Part shown: positions 37,353 through 49,500 of the stretch, in pieces
Layout of the letters: every line of letters begins with the position of its first letter
Numbering within the stretch: position 1 is the stretch's first letter
Assembly: GCA_949358305.1 (NCBI GenBank)
Contig: OX442314.1
Location: forward strand, 33,542,001 to 33,606,000
Source: Strigamia acuminata
Lineage: Eukaryota
Length of the DNA: 64,000 nt
Reading direction: 5' to 3'
Translations under genes and position numbers: made by a program
The notes under the pieces: model-generated
Database searches by the model: none
Seen by the model: only the letters and a program-made list of their open reading frames with translations
What the model was told of the DNA's origin: nothing

Positions 37353-38949
37353 TGTGACGATTCTACTTTTAGGCTATTTTATTAGCCAGTTAAGAGAGAG
37401 ATATCGGTTTAAACAAGACGTTGTTAAGACTAACAACAACCTAACCGAGATAAGCTATGGAATTTCGTGTGTCATAAATAACTAATCGAGCAGAAATAAC
37501 TTACAGTTTTGTGTGACATAAACATATTTATTACTGAGTAATAACAATAGATAAGGGTTCTGGGCGCGTGTAAACGGGCGGCATCAACTGGTTGAGGATC
37601 CGGGCGAAGCCAGAGGGATACGGCTGACTTGCGGCATCGTCACAAATAACGCTACGGAGACGTATTGGGTCTGCAGCTCGATTATCTAATAATGTGAAGA
37701 GTCCTTCGCGTGGATAGGAATATTCGGTAGAATATTCCATGTTCCAGAAAATAAAAGTAAAGTGATTAGTGAAATGTAACAAATGAATTGTTATATTGTT
37801 ATTAATTGGGCGGGGACAGTGACGACAGTCGACAGGACCGTCGCGGGAGTTGTTGAGGCTCCATCCGCCAGCATGCCTTACGACAACAAGATCTCGTGAT
37901 CAGGCGCCGAGTATTTGTTTGTGCACGACAAGTCGCTGTCGGTGGTACCAACCACCGGGTAAACATTCCTATGGAAATTGCCAAGACAGGATTACCAATA
38001 CCCGAGTAGTTGTTTAACGTAATATCTTCACGGATAATACTCACGAGCTACCAACCCGGCGTAGTGTGCCTGTAAATAGACCATTCACCGACCACTAGAG
38101 TACGGAAGGACCTATGTTAAGCAATTTACCATGAGAAGACATTTGTCTGTGTTTGTTTCGTGCTCGGGTGGGACCTCCCGCACACATACTCTTGGCAGAG
38201 CATCTGACCCATGACCGAGGAATCGCTCAGATAGATGCGACTATCACCGATCATATAATTTGACATTTATTTAACGGGTTAGTCAATCCCGTGCATGGAC
38301 GACACACTATGCCACCGTACGAACTTTAACTGTCCCGTAGAACAGCAAGCTAACGTTACGGGACCATTTCATGTTGTTAACATGTCTATTACCGGAGTTA
38401 GCCTTCCCGAAATAGCCCTTCAACAGCAATAACAAAATAGTATTAATACTAATTGTGGAGAGCTGAGGTGGCCTGATGTGTCGATAGAGAAAGTGAGATC
38501 AAACGATAACAACAATTCAACTACAGACAATATAGACATATTCAGAATCAAGCCAGGGGGGGTCACTGGGTGGAAAACCAGAGCTTATATAGTTCTTGAG
38601 AACTATGATATTGGCGACAGCCAATCAGGTGCATGAATCGGTGGATTCGTGGGTCACTAGTCCGGACCTAAAAGAGACAGGGGGTTCGGACCTAATATGG
38701 AATTGGGTCAAGAAGGGTCCGATTGGTCCCCCTCGAAAGGTAAGTAAACGTTGATATTGATTCGATAGAATCAATATCGTCAAGTAAGTTATACTTAATT
38801 TATATTGAATAAAATAGTTATATTTTACTCGCCGTGTCAAAGTAATGATTCATCACAACCTTTAGTTTTCTCGAGTTTGAATTACGCACGTTCATTAAAC
38901 AGCGCCATCTATTGTGAACATTGATAAATACGGATTTATAATCATCACA
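37353..38949. mobile_element. 1597-bp insertion, probably a Gypsy-type solo LTR
   Basis: Starts TGTGACGAT and ends ATCATCACA. 4-bp TSD AACA (37349-52, 38950-53). The empty site TTAATCAACAATTGTCATAAAA is present at ~35881 and ~30529. No long ORF. Confidence 0.8.
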
Positions 38950-39780
38950 AACAATTGTAATAAAAACATGTTCACGCCTTAATGAACTGGGCAATTAACA
39001 GCTGGTCTGGCGTTGTTCCTTCTTGCCACACATTGCAGTATATCCTTCTCGAGGATTCTATTACGCCTTCCATAATCACGTAAAATTAGAATAACAACTG
39101 GAATAAATGGAAAGAAATGAAATGCGACAAGCCCCGAAACAATAGAAATTAGCGCGCGCAGCAACGGCTTGTTGTGCGCGCAAATGGCGAGAACGAAGTT
39201 CTCGTTGTCTTCTTCACTCCGGTACTCGCCGTACGATGGCGATGGTGGGAGCTCTGGACACGTCAACGGCAGTCCCTGTGCTGAATCAATATGTAAATTG
39301 GCAGTGGAAAGGTTAATCAGCCATAAGTCATCATCTATGAGTTGACCTTGAAGTGTCCAGTTGAGTAAAAGAAATAATTCCATATAATATAATAAACTAA
39401 ACTAAAGTTTTATCCTGGGACCGTTCTTCTATAACCAAACAGGAAACGCACATCCTAAATCCTGTACCAGATGGTTAGATGCAGTTTTTATGGTCTCTTC
39501 TAGAGGTACCAAGTCAAAGCTTGGTACCTCTATCGGTACCAGGTCTATAAATATAAATTTGTTTACTTTATCTCGTTTTCCATACCGGTATTCCCGTGTA
39601 AACTTCTAAGGAAGAAGAAATATTAATCACTTTTTCATTTTACTCTATTTTTCATTTTACTTCATTTAGCACAAAAATAGTTTATATTTACCACAAAATT
39701 TCACCGATTGCACACAATAACACGTCCAAGACTGAATAGAAGAATGATTAGAATGATTAGAAATCTTTTTGAAGGTTAAG

Positions 39781-39855
39781 ATATAACACGTTTGACATAA
39801 TGCACGTCTGTGCACCTGAGTCCATTATCGCTATAAACTCCACGTCAAACCCATT
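39781..39855 (-). pseudogene. Retropepsin-type aspartic protease relic
   Basis: Minus strand reads NGFDVEFIAIMDSGAQTCIMSNVLY (DSGA active-site motif); the surrounding frame is broken. Confidence 0.5.
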
Positions 39856-40349
39856 CTATCTTCACTATGCTGCATTGCGATCCACCGGTCATCAAATATC
39901 CGACAAAGAGTTTAGGCTCTTTCGAAGCCATCAATTCAGGGGGCGACAACATCACAAAATTTGATAAGCTCGTCATAATTGGAGGTGGAACTGTTTGGCT
40001 CAGTTATTAGTGGTAGTTTCACTGAATCACTTGCTTCACTAGACACTTCCGCTGCTGGACTTATTTCGGCGCCGGGTCCACGACAGAGAAAGAAAAACAC
40101 TCTTCGTCCTGCATAAATATATTTTAATTCTCCTCCCCGCTGTGTTTCACAACTTTTTGAAAATCCACAAAAGTTGTAAAATGTAGAAGAACATGCGCAC
40201 TAACACAAACTTTTAAATGGGAACAATTGAGAAAATTTCTTAATCTGACAAAATCTGTGTCATACAGGACATACAGGAGATCTACTAATGAAAAATAAGT
40301 CTCTACACACGCAGATTTGGCATCAGGTATACCAGTAGTAAATGCATTA

Positions 40350-40710
40350 AACATTGTTGGAAGAATAGAAGAATGCGTAGTTCCTGACACGCAATTGCCA
40401 GCTGGGATTTTATGAAATCCCAGATTGCATAATGTTTGATGCAATCTTTGGTTCCACAGGCGCCCGACTGATGTAGTCCGCAAAGTGTTTTGGTTAGGCC
40501 AGGTATCCGCATATACTGTACATCTGATGACGTTCCAGCTCGCCGTAGAGATATGCGCATTTTACGTCTAAATGTGTGTCCTTCCTACCCTTAAGTACGA
40601 CAAGAAGGTAAAAGAAGAAACGTAACAACACGAAGTTTACCACGGGACTGAAAACCACATCATGGTGGAGTGCACAAACACAAACCCGGCAAAAGCACGG
40701 CAACGTCTAA
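40350..40710 (-). mobile_element. Ty1/Copia RT relic
   Basis: VFSPVVNFVLLRFF...HLDVKCAYLYGELE and TLCGLHQSG fragments. Confidence 0.75.
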
Positions 40711-42858
40711 AACAATTGATAAAACGAATGATATGGTTGTGACAAGCCACAATTCTTATCTGAATAAAATAGAGTAAACATTCTGTTCCAATTGTCCTTG
40801 GCGCAAGGATGAAAAAGGTCTTCACAATAAAACTAAGTGGTGAACTTTGAATATTAAATTAAATGATAATCCAATTCGTTTATTCACTTGTTGCACACAT
40901 CAATTAATAATAGAGGTCTGAAAATGCCTGTGGAGGAGTGCACAAATATATTTTTATTTTTCTTCCCACCCTGTTCCACAACTCTTCGGAAATCCACGTA
41001 AGTTTTAAAATGTAGACGAACATGTGCACAAATACAAAGTCAGCACTGGGAACAATTGGGAAAACGTCCAATTCTGACAAAATCCGTGTCGTACAGGACA
41101 TACAGGAGATCTACTGATGAAAAATAAGTCAACATACGCACATTGTACACAATCTGCACTAATTCCAACACTAATCTCATCTTCGTTGACATTCGCCGTT
41201 TTCTCGGCGTTGTTGGATGCCAAGACATCATAAGCCTCAGTCAAATGTTGCAAATTAAATAGCTGAAGATTTTTAAAAAATAATTGCTGCGATCCGGGTC
41301 TTACAATTACACAAAATACACTAAATGTAATTAAACGCAGGTTGAATGCCGTTTATGACTTAAATCTGGCATGTGAAATGTCTAGGGGTTCAAATATTAA
41401 ATGAATATAAGGTAAGTAATATAAAATGCACAAAGGATTTATTCGGTTAAATACAATAAGAAGAATTACGGTTAAATAGAGCGGGATAAATGGAAAGAAA
41501 TGAAATGCGACAAGCCGCGAAACAATAGAAATTAGCGCGCGCAGCAACGGCTTGTTGTGCGCGCAAATGGCGGGAACGAAGTTCTCGTCGTGGGTCTTCT
41601 TCACTTTGGTACTCACTGTACGATGGCGATGGTGGGAGCTCTGGACATGTCAACGGCAGTTCCTGTGCTGAATCAATATGTAAATTGGCAGTGGAAGGGT
41701 TAATCAGCACGTGGGTCGTCATCTATGAGTTGACCTTGAAGTGTACAGTTGAGTAAAAGAAATAATTCCTTGTGATATAATAAACTAAACTAAAGTAGTT
41801 TATTCATCTGCTACTTGCATTGAATATAGATGATACATAATACAACTTAAACATAAATATAACTTCACAGTTTGAAGTCTACAAAGCAAGTGATAACTCT
41901 GCGGTACTGCCACACACCACCGTACGACCCCAAAGGTCATCCCCTCATTGGGTGAACTGATCCAGCCCACATTCCCACATAAATGTGGCTTTTTATATGA
42001 TTTTGTACTGTAAGACCACATTCTTGAATGTGTGTGGCATTTACATTTGCATTGTAAGCTGCATTCCGACATGAATGTAACATTTACATTGGGTCACTTG
42101 TGTGGAGTCTTCTACTTTTCCCTTATTTTAATATTTATTTTTGTATTTGACATTCTCGTAGAATATAATATTTAAATTTTTTTGGTATTTACTTCAAAAT
42201 ATGTGAAATTTTTGCAATGAAAAAATGTGGAATAGCAACAATTAGAAAAATCACGATGATGAAAGCAAATTTAAGAAGACGCCTTTTTTAAGGAATTAGA
42301 CTAAATTCCTGGTCCAATCTTGAAGTGGACCATCGCCTAATCTTTGGCTGCTTTAAAATTTTAGGGAATTGTATAGTCTCAACGTCACAATACCTTCATT
42401 GTCCAGGTGTCTGTGAATTAACGACGCAAATGAAACATTCCGTCAACAAAATAACAACACAACCAACATGTAAAGAAAAAATTGCTTACAGATAAAAAAA
42501 AGAAAGGAATTTTTCTCTAACTTTTCTTTTAATAGCACAAAATCAAATCTTTGGCGAGGCATTGTAAAATAAAACATTGCGCAGCACTGCACCACATTCA
42601 ATGATTAATTAATTTGTAAACGTATTATATGTGGATTAGTCATGTGGCGGTAAGTCAGATAGGAATATACCGGTAATTTTCATAAATTCACTCGTACCGG
42701 TAATTGCTGGTCGGTTACGACAATTTCAGCGCCTATCATGCAGACGATTGCAATGCCTTCCAACTAAAAAATAAATGTATTTGTTTAAAATTAAATTAAA
42801 TTAACACGTAAAATAGTGACGAGACACAGAATGAGATGTAAGATTTTATCGTAATTGT

Positions 42859-43375
42859 TAGACCCCGGATATATATGTGAAATAAATTTCGCTTTATGCA
42901 CATAAAATATGCACTAAAAATCCCATTTTATGCAAAATAAAAAATTGAAATATGCAAAATAAAAAATTGAGATATGCAAAATAAAAAAATTTATTTTAGT
43001 CAAATCATTTGTTGCAATAACAAATCAGTGCTATTTTTAAGTGCTGTGTGGTAAAACCGTGTTGCTTGTCAGTAAGCACAGACTTATTTGGGAAAAAAAC
43101 CGTTCAACATCGCGTCGATCTAGAATTGACAACTTTCGGCATTGTTGTAAAAGAAATGCAATGAAAACAATACATGTATTTAAATACAGAAAAGGCCTTT
43201 CGTTAAGTGATACGTAAACAAAACATAGACGGGTTACGTATCATGTTCGTATCAGAAAAAAAGCCAATTTATGCAAAAAAAAACCAATTTTCGGGAAATA
43301 TGCAATAAAAACCAATTTCGGCTTTTTATTGAATATAAATATATTGTATGCATTTATGCATTTATCCGGGGTCTA
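42859..43375 (-). mobile_element. Non-autonomous hAT element (517 bp)
   Basis: TIR TAGACCCCGGATA/TATCCGGGGTCTA. 8-bp TSD GTAATTGT/GTGATTGT. Internal minus-strand DVERFFS (43111-43091) resembles the hAT C-terminal ERxFS motif. Confidence 0.85.
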
Positions 43376-44875
43376 GTGATTGTGATAGGATCCTCACACA
43401 AATTGAATATGTTTGGCTGCATCATATAACTTAAAATTTTTGTTAGATAGTTAAAATTAGTAAAAGAAAACAGTACTGATTCTCTCCAGACAAATAAAGA
43501 TGTTAGAAAAGTATAATTAGTATTTGCAAATATCCTCGTAAAAAAGATGTGCGGATCATCTCTAAGTTTATGCCTCCACATGTTAATTGTTCAATAGACC
43601 AAGTCCCATCTTGGATTAGTTGCGCGATTTGATCAACGTACACTGGTGGCGCAAATTCGTTGAAAGTGTTTAAGATGGCGAGTGTAAGAAAAATTGCTGC
43701 TAAATGTTCGCTTTCATTTTTGTGATCCATTCTGACGCGATCGGTGTGAGGAGTAGAATGAAACTGCTGAAAAACTGAGATTATAGTTATAAGAGGGCGC
43801 TTGTGGGTAACATGCAAATATTTCAACCAATTACTATTAAATGCATTTAATTTTATTTTTGGTTTTGAGGTTCTACCTAGTGACAGTTTATTTCAGGCTG
43901 AAGCGTCGTCGCCTCTGACTAGGGACAGAGACTGTGGACTTGAACAATTGATAAAACGAATGATATGGTTTCTGATTAAGTGCCACAAGCACGAATTTAA
44001 TTCTTATCTCAATAAAATAGGAGAGTAAACATTGTCCCAATTGTGTGGCAATCAAACCAAGTGGTGATCTTTGAATATTAAATTAAATAATAATCCAATT
44101 CGTTTGTTAGAAATACAAACATTGTGCAGTGTAGAGTGGTGCATACATTGGGTTTTGACATTCTCAGGTTGTCATTTATTAAGTTTACATCCAGTTGCCT
44201 GATAACAAAGATAGTGAGACAACGTTCAATGATGATATGCTTTGGAAGTGTGTTCTGTCTTCAATGTAGAATTTTATTATTAAAAAAATCATGTAGTTTA
44301 CCTATATGAAAAAAAATTATTCTCATAAGATCATTAGTTTGCATGGTTTTGCAGGTTAACAATCTGGATGCAGGCAGAGGCAACCATTGAAATGTGTTTG
44401 CAACAACCTTTGGGTGGCTGTATACACATCAATTAGCAATAACTACATAGAAATAAAACCAACACTAGTACGAGTGTTCGTGTAAACCGCGTAAAGAAAA
44501 TATCATTGGCGAAATGCGCACAATAAGAAGAAACACTGGCGCTGGGCGCAATAAAAAAAATCAACACATCACAGTACGTAAACTGAAAAGGAAGCACGAA
44601 TAAAAATAAAATAAAAGCAATATCACAGATCGAGATAAAAACAATTTGGTGAAACGCCTCTCTGCCATCAATATATTGGAAAAGTTAATATCTGAAATGT
44701 ACCGTCGTGAGGAATTGAAAACGGCTTCTTCCATCTGCAGGAACCTCGTCGTCTCTGTTGACAGATGAGAAAATCCAACCAATATGTACAATCAAATGGG
44801 TTTGATGCAACTTCTTCTGTTGGGTTATTGATTGTCCTGTAGCACACGAAGAATTACAATACGATCGGAGGAGGA

Positions 44876-45275
44876 CTATAATACGGCGCCCAAAATGGGC
44901 CCCGCCCAAAAAAAACTAAAATATAAAAAGTTGTAAATATTTTATTTAAACATTTAAAAAAAACATACCCAATGGTTTGTCCACATCCCTTTTACCATTG
45001 CGGGTCCAAATGAACGAGCTGGATTAAAGGCGGCCCCTGTAAATGCAATCTACAAAATATAAAAGAGAAAATAAAATAAAGATAAATTAAAAAATGAATA
45101 AATACAAACTTACAGCGCCGACTTAAGCAACAATTATTACAAATCTGATTATTAATTGCCTGGGCCAAGTTGCTTTCTATATAAAAACTTTCAGGAATTG
45201 TGAAACCCATTAGGATTATCGGAAAACAAAAATAGCCTCCGATCATGGTTGCCAAAACTGGATTTAAACCACTGA
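44876..45275 (-). pseudogene. Aquaporin (MIP family) 3' gene fragment with introns
   Basis: Intact 81-nt phase-0 exon 45049-44969 = [27 protein letters not shown] (second NPA box), flanked by TGTAG and GTATGT. The next exon (from 44915) gives WAGPILGAVL after a frameshift and then a stop. The preceding exon (ends 45114, GTAAGT) has an in-frame stop. Confidence 0.85.
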
Positions 45276-45289
45276 TTACGTAGTATTGC

Positions 45290-45528
45290 TATGAAGGAGC
45301 GCTGACTTGTGAGTCATAAAAGGTTTACCAGCGTTCCTAACAAACTCAACTCCCAACAACTTTGTTATTAGGCCGAGGTCCAAAATTTCGAATCTGTTGG
45401 CAATGAGACGCAAAAGTTGATTTCGAACATTGTTGGAAGAATAGAATAAAACTGTCACCTGTGTATACTAACATTATTGCACAGGTCCTGATACGCATTT
45501 GTAAGCTGGGATTTTATGAAATCCAAGA
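45290..45528 (-). mobile_element. Ty1/Copia RT relic, part downstream of the Gypsy insertion
   Basis: NRFEILDLGLITKLLGVEF. Continues seamlessly at 57859 once the Gypsy element is removed. Confidence 0.8.
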
Positions 45529-46487
45529 TGTGGTGATCTCAAAATATTCACCAACTTAGAAGATTAAATTAATTATCTTCTAATTAATTTGACTGTGGCA
45601 CACGCCAAGTCAGATCATGTGACCGAGGGGAGAAATCCTCTCTAGGCACATATCACCCCAGGTTGTCCGGGGTGAAAACGGTTATTAGCCGTTATGGTGC
45701 AATATGGTGTAATAACCACTAGTTGCACCCATTTGAGCTAAGTGCGCAGGTTTTCTGCGCAATATTGAAGCGTGCTGGGCTCGCGTCTTGGCTCAAATCG
45801 GCACTCTGAAAAATACAACAACAACCTCAACATCACTGCGATATCTGCTCCGACAATACGTATTGATAGAGGACCGTTGTAACTCAGTTTCACCTGCTAT
45901 CTTTGTGCCACCCAAAGCACAAAGCCAGCAATTCTGCTTGAATTAGCCGTAGCTAATTCCAGCAAACGAGAAGAAGAAGTTTCCCGACGATCGTGAACCA
46001 TCGCCGTCGCTGCCGCGCGAACGACAGCCACCGCCATCGTACGAGAGCCGGACGCCTACAGCCGTCAACCACCGCCGCCGAGCCGTCGCACGAGCCGTAG
46101 AAGGAGCCCACGAGAACCATCGTCTTCGACCATCGTTCGTGAGTTCAGCAAACGAAGACAATTCGCCTTCGCCTAACAACTGTGTGTTGTTTAAGCGCCA
46201 TTTTAGCGCTTTGTAGCTTGCAACAGTCGTTGCAAGCCCTTCCATTGTTCCCGCTCATTTCATTTCGCGACTTGTCGCCATTGTGATATTTGTAACTAGT
46301 CATTGTAATTTAAACGAATAAATACATATTTGTGATTTTTATTAATAAAACTGTCTTTTTATTTCTTTTCCTTAAACTTAACCCCTAGATAATTTAAGGC
46401 CGCCGATTGTAAGTCTTTTATAGCATTCACCTGCGGTTTCTGCTTAATTTATTAGAAATTAAGTGGATAAAAACCCGGATCGCAGCA
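45529..46487 (+). repeat. 5' LTR of Gypsy element
   Basis: TGTGGTGATC...GATCGCAGCA; direct repeat of 56900-57858 (offset 11371), with no differences noticed by eye. Confidence 0.97.
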
Positions 46488-46489
46488 CG

Positions 46490-46507
46490 TGGGGGCCTGG
46501 CCGGGAT
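46490..46507 (+). promoter_or_regulatory. Primer-binding site, tRNA-Pro-like
   Basis: TGGGGGCCTGGCCGGGAT, 2 nt after the LTR; 15/18 match to the canonical tRNA-Pro PBS TGGGGGCTCGTCCGGGAT. Confidence 0.65.
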
Positions 46508-46598
46508 AGTCATTGTATAACTTTGTTAGTTAAAATTTACCCGCCATTTTTATCTTGCTTATCTTTCTTCTCTATCCTTTCTTTATCCTCATTGAAAA

Positions 46599-49500
46599 AT
46601 GGCGACTCCTTCAGAGAAGAGACCGAGAGGAAGGCCGGCGAAGAGACGAGTGGCGATCGATCTACCAGTCGTGGATCAAGAAGTGACTGAGTCACAAGAA
46701 TTGTTTGAAGCCATGGATCAAACAGCTAACTGTAACTCGGCACAGTTAATCGTGAATGAATTCACGCAAGCGTTGGAGCGACAACAGCCATCCCCGCCCA
46801 GCGGCCAGTTGGACTTAAACAATCCAACTGGAAGTGGCCGTTCCAAGTCGCAAAACGATGATTTGAATTTACGAATTCAATCATCAAGTGCAGAGCACTC
46901 GCTGAATTCATCACCGGTTCAAGGTGCAGCACAACAAGATTCTGAGAACTCCAATATGGAAGTTTCTCATTCTCCCGTGCGTGTTACCATGATGGACGCA
47001 CTCCGTGAGCAAGCTAGGCTCGAGGGAGTAATAGTCACTAGCGAAATGACTGTGGAACAAATCCACAAAGCTATGGTTCGCAAACAAAGTCAAAAAGACG
47101 TTGAAATCGTCAGAACAAGCTTGCAAGCAGAGTTCGAGCGAATGCATGCAGAAATGCAGCAGCAGAATGCCGAACTAAAACAACAACGTGCGAATAACCA
47201 TGTTAAGTTGTTACAATTAGAGCAGGAAAAAGCTTCCTGGCTAATTACTGACGAAGAGCAACAACAAAGGCTCGAGCAACTAAATCAAGCCCAAAAAGAT
47301 TTAGAAATTGCTAATGAAAATTTGAGATTGGCCAACGCAAATTTGCGAGAAGCCAACACGAATTTAATGACTGCCGAACTAACCGCCCCAGTTCGAGCGA
47401 GGGAAGAAATTCCCTCCACTTCTCGAAATTACGAGAATCATGCTGCAGAGCAAGCAGCAAGAGCTAAGAGATTAGCACAACGAGAAAACGAAGTATTTCT
47501 CGCTCGACAGCAGTCCGTAATTGATGCTGGTCAAGCCGCCAAAAGTCAAAGTACTGCAGAGCAGTTATTACGTGCCGACTTAGCTGCGCAAGCTCGTGAA
47601 AACGAAATTCTTCGCGCAGATCTGTTGACGGTACAAGAGAACTTTGCAGTAGTCGTACAAAAAGTACAAGACGTTTGCGGCGAAGATAATTTTGCAAAGC
47701 CAGCCCCAGTTTTGCAAAAAGGTGCTTCCAAATCACCTGAGTTGATTGATTTAACATCAGCTAAACCAAAAGTCAGTCGACAATCAAGTTGGACTGACAG
47801 CGATGACTCACGCAGTAGTCGTGGAAGCCGTAATAGTCATCACAGTCGCAAAAAGAGAAAGCGACAACCAGACCCGACCGAATATCATTCCCCAAAAGTT
47901 CCGCAAAATTCGGATAGATTCTTTAGCAATAGTGACCAATTAATTGGATTGCTGGCGAAAAAGAATAAAGAACGTGAGAAACCACACGATCGTGGACGGT
48001 CACACGATAATCCGCGAGAAGGCTCACCAAAACGAGATTGTCACAACGACATCCGTGATGGGCCGAGATACCGTGGAAATCCGCCAGGTGGTGACCCACC
48101 AGGTGGAGACAGTTCAGATGGACATGGAGGTGGCCACTCACGTGACCACAATTCGAATGGCAATCGAAATGGAAGGGGACCACCAAATGGAGACCGTCGT
48201 CCGCCAGATGGCGACGATCCTCCGGACCCTGATCCGCCGCCAAATCCGAATCATGAATCTGCGTCAGATACAGATTCCTCACGTCCCAGTGTGAGAGGGC
48301 GATCTCGTCACAGAACACGTAGTAGAACTCAAAGACCCGATTTTTACACGAAAGATGAGATTGACCAGTTGTTGAGGCAAAATGCTCAACAACAGCGAAA
48401 AAGCAGAAGGGATAAAATTATTTTGCAAAAAATAAGTGAATTTACTTCTGATAAATGGACTCATCAAACAACAGATGAAAAGTTCATTAGATGGGATCGA
48501 GTTATCCCACATGCCTATAATGGAAATTGGCAAGCAGGGTCAAACCTCTTGCTGGAAATATTCGAACTAGGCAAAGTTCACAGTTTTAGCTGTGAAGGTG
48601 CATTGGCCCATCTAGTACCAAGAATACTAGTTGGCGGTGTCAAGGAGTGGTTTCGCAGGAAAGACTTCACGAAGTGGGATGACTTCGTTAAACAATTTAT
48701 GTTTAAATTTGGTGAATCGAGCGAAGACATCAAGACGCTTTGGAGATGTCTTAAGCAACGAAAAGGCGAAAGCTTACATTCGTACATGCTAAGAGCAGAG
48801 AATCTGCTTGGCAGAATGCCACATGCTGTTACTGATGCAACAGCAGATGATCAGTTTAGAGCTGGCCTCACAGAATATAGTAAAAATATTCTGATGATGT
48901 CGGACGCTCCCGACCCGGGGAAATTCTCCGAGTTAAACGAATTCATGGAAGTCAATCAATTGCGCATTGACGAAAAGTACAAAGCTTACCTTACAGAAAG
49001 CGAAAGGTCAGCGTACTTAAAGCGAGAGAAAAGACTCGCTGAGCAAAACAATGAAACCTTTAATGGTTTGAAATTGTTGCAGCCACCTAGTTACGAAGAC
49101 TTTCTAGACGAAGTGGATGAGAAGAGTTCGAAAAAAGAATCTTCCAAAAAGGACGTCAAAAATCCTCATTCAGTTCCTAAGTTACATGCAAATATAACTG
49201 GAGCTGAAACTCCGTCGTCTGAAGCTGAAGAAGCTGAAGAGGAGGAGGAAGCAGGAGATGAGACGTTGGCTTTATTAGCCAAAGCAGCGGCGCTGTTAGC
49301 AAAAAATAACCCCGTTGCAGGCAAATGGAAGCCAAAAATGAAACCAAAAAATGTTTCATTTGACGCATCAAAGGTGAATACCGAAAGGAATTCAAAATCA
49401 CCCGCGGTGTCGCCAGAGCGCCGGTCTGACGCTCGTTCTCGTTCTGCCTCGCCAGCAGCAACGAAAAAGAAATCGCCTGCCACTGATCCATGCAATTTAT

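Noticed and set aside
39501..39532. Perfect 13-bp-arm hairpin TAGAGGTACCAAG/CTTGGTACCTCTA as a Helitron 3' end or terminator
   Set aside because: No correctly spaced CTRR terminus; probably collapsed MITE termini and cannot be assigned.
41160..41280. EAYDVL resembling a DnaJ helix
   Set aside because: Only six residues match, and no HPD motif was found.
45943..46245. 100-aa antisense ORF duplicated at 57314-57616
   Set aside because: Duplicated only because it lies in the LTR; low-complexity GC tract with no motif.
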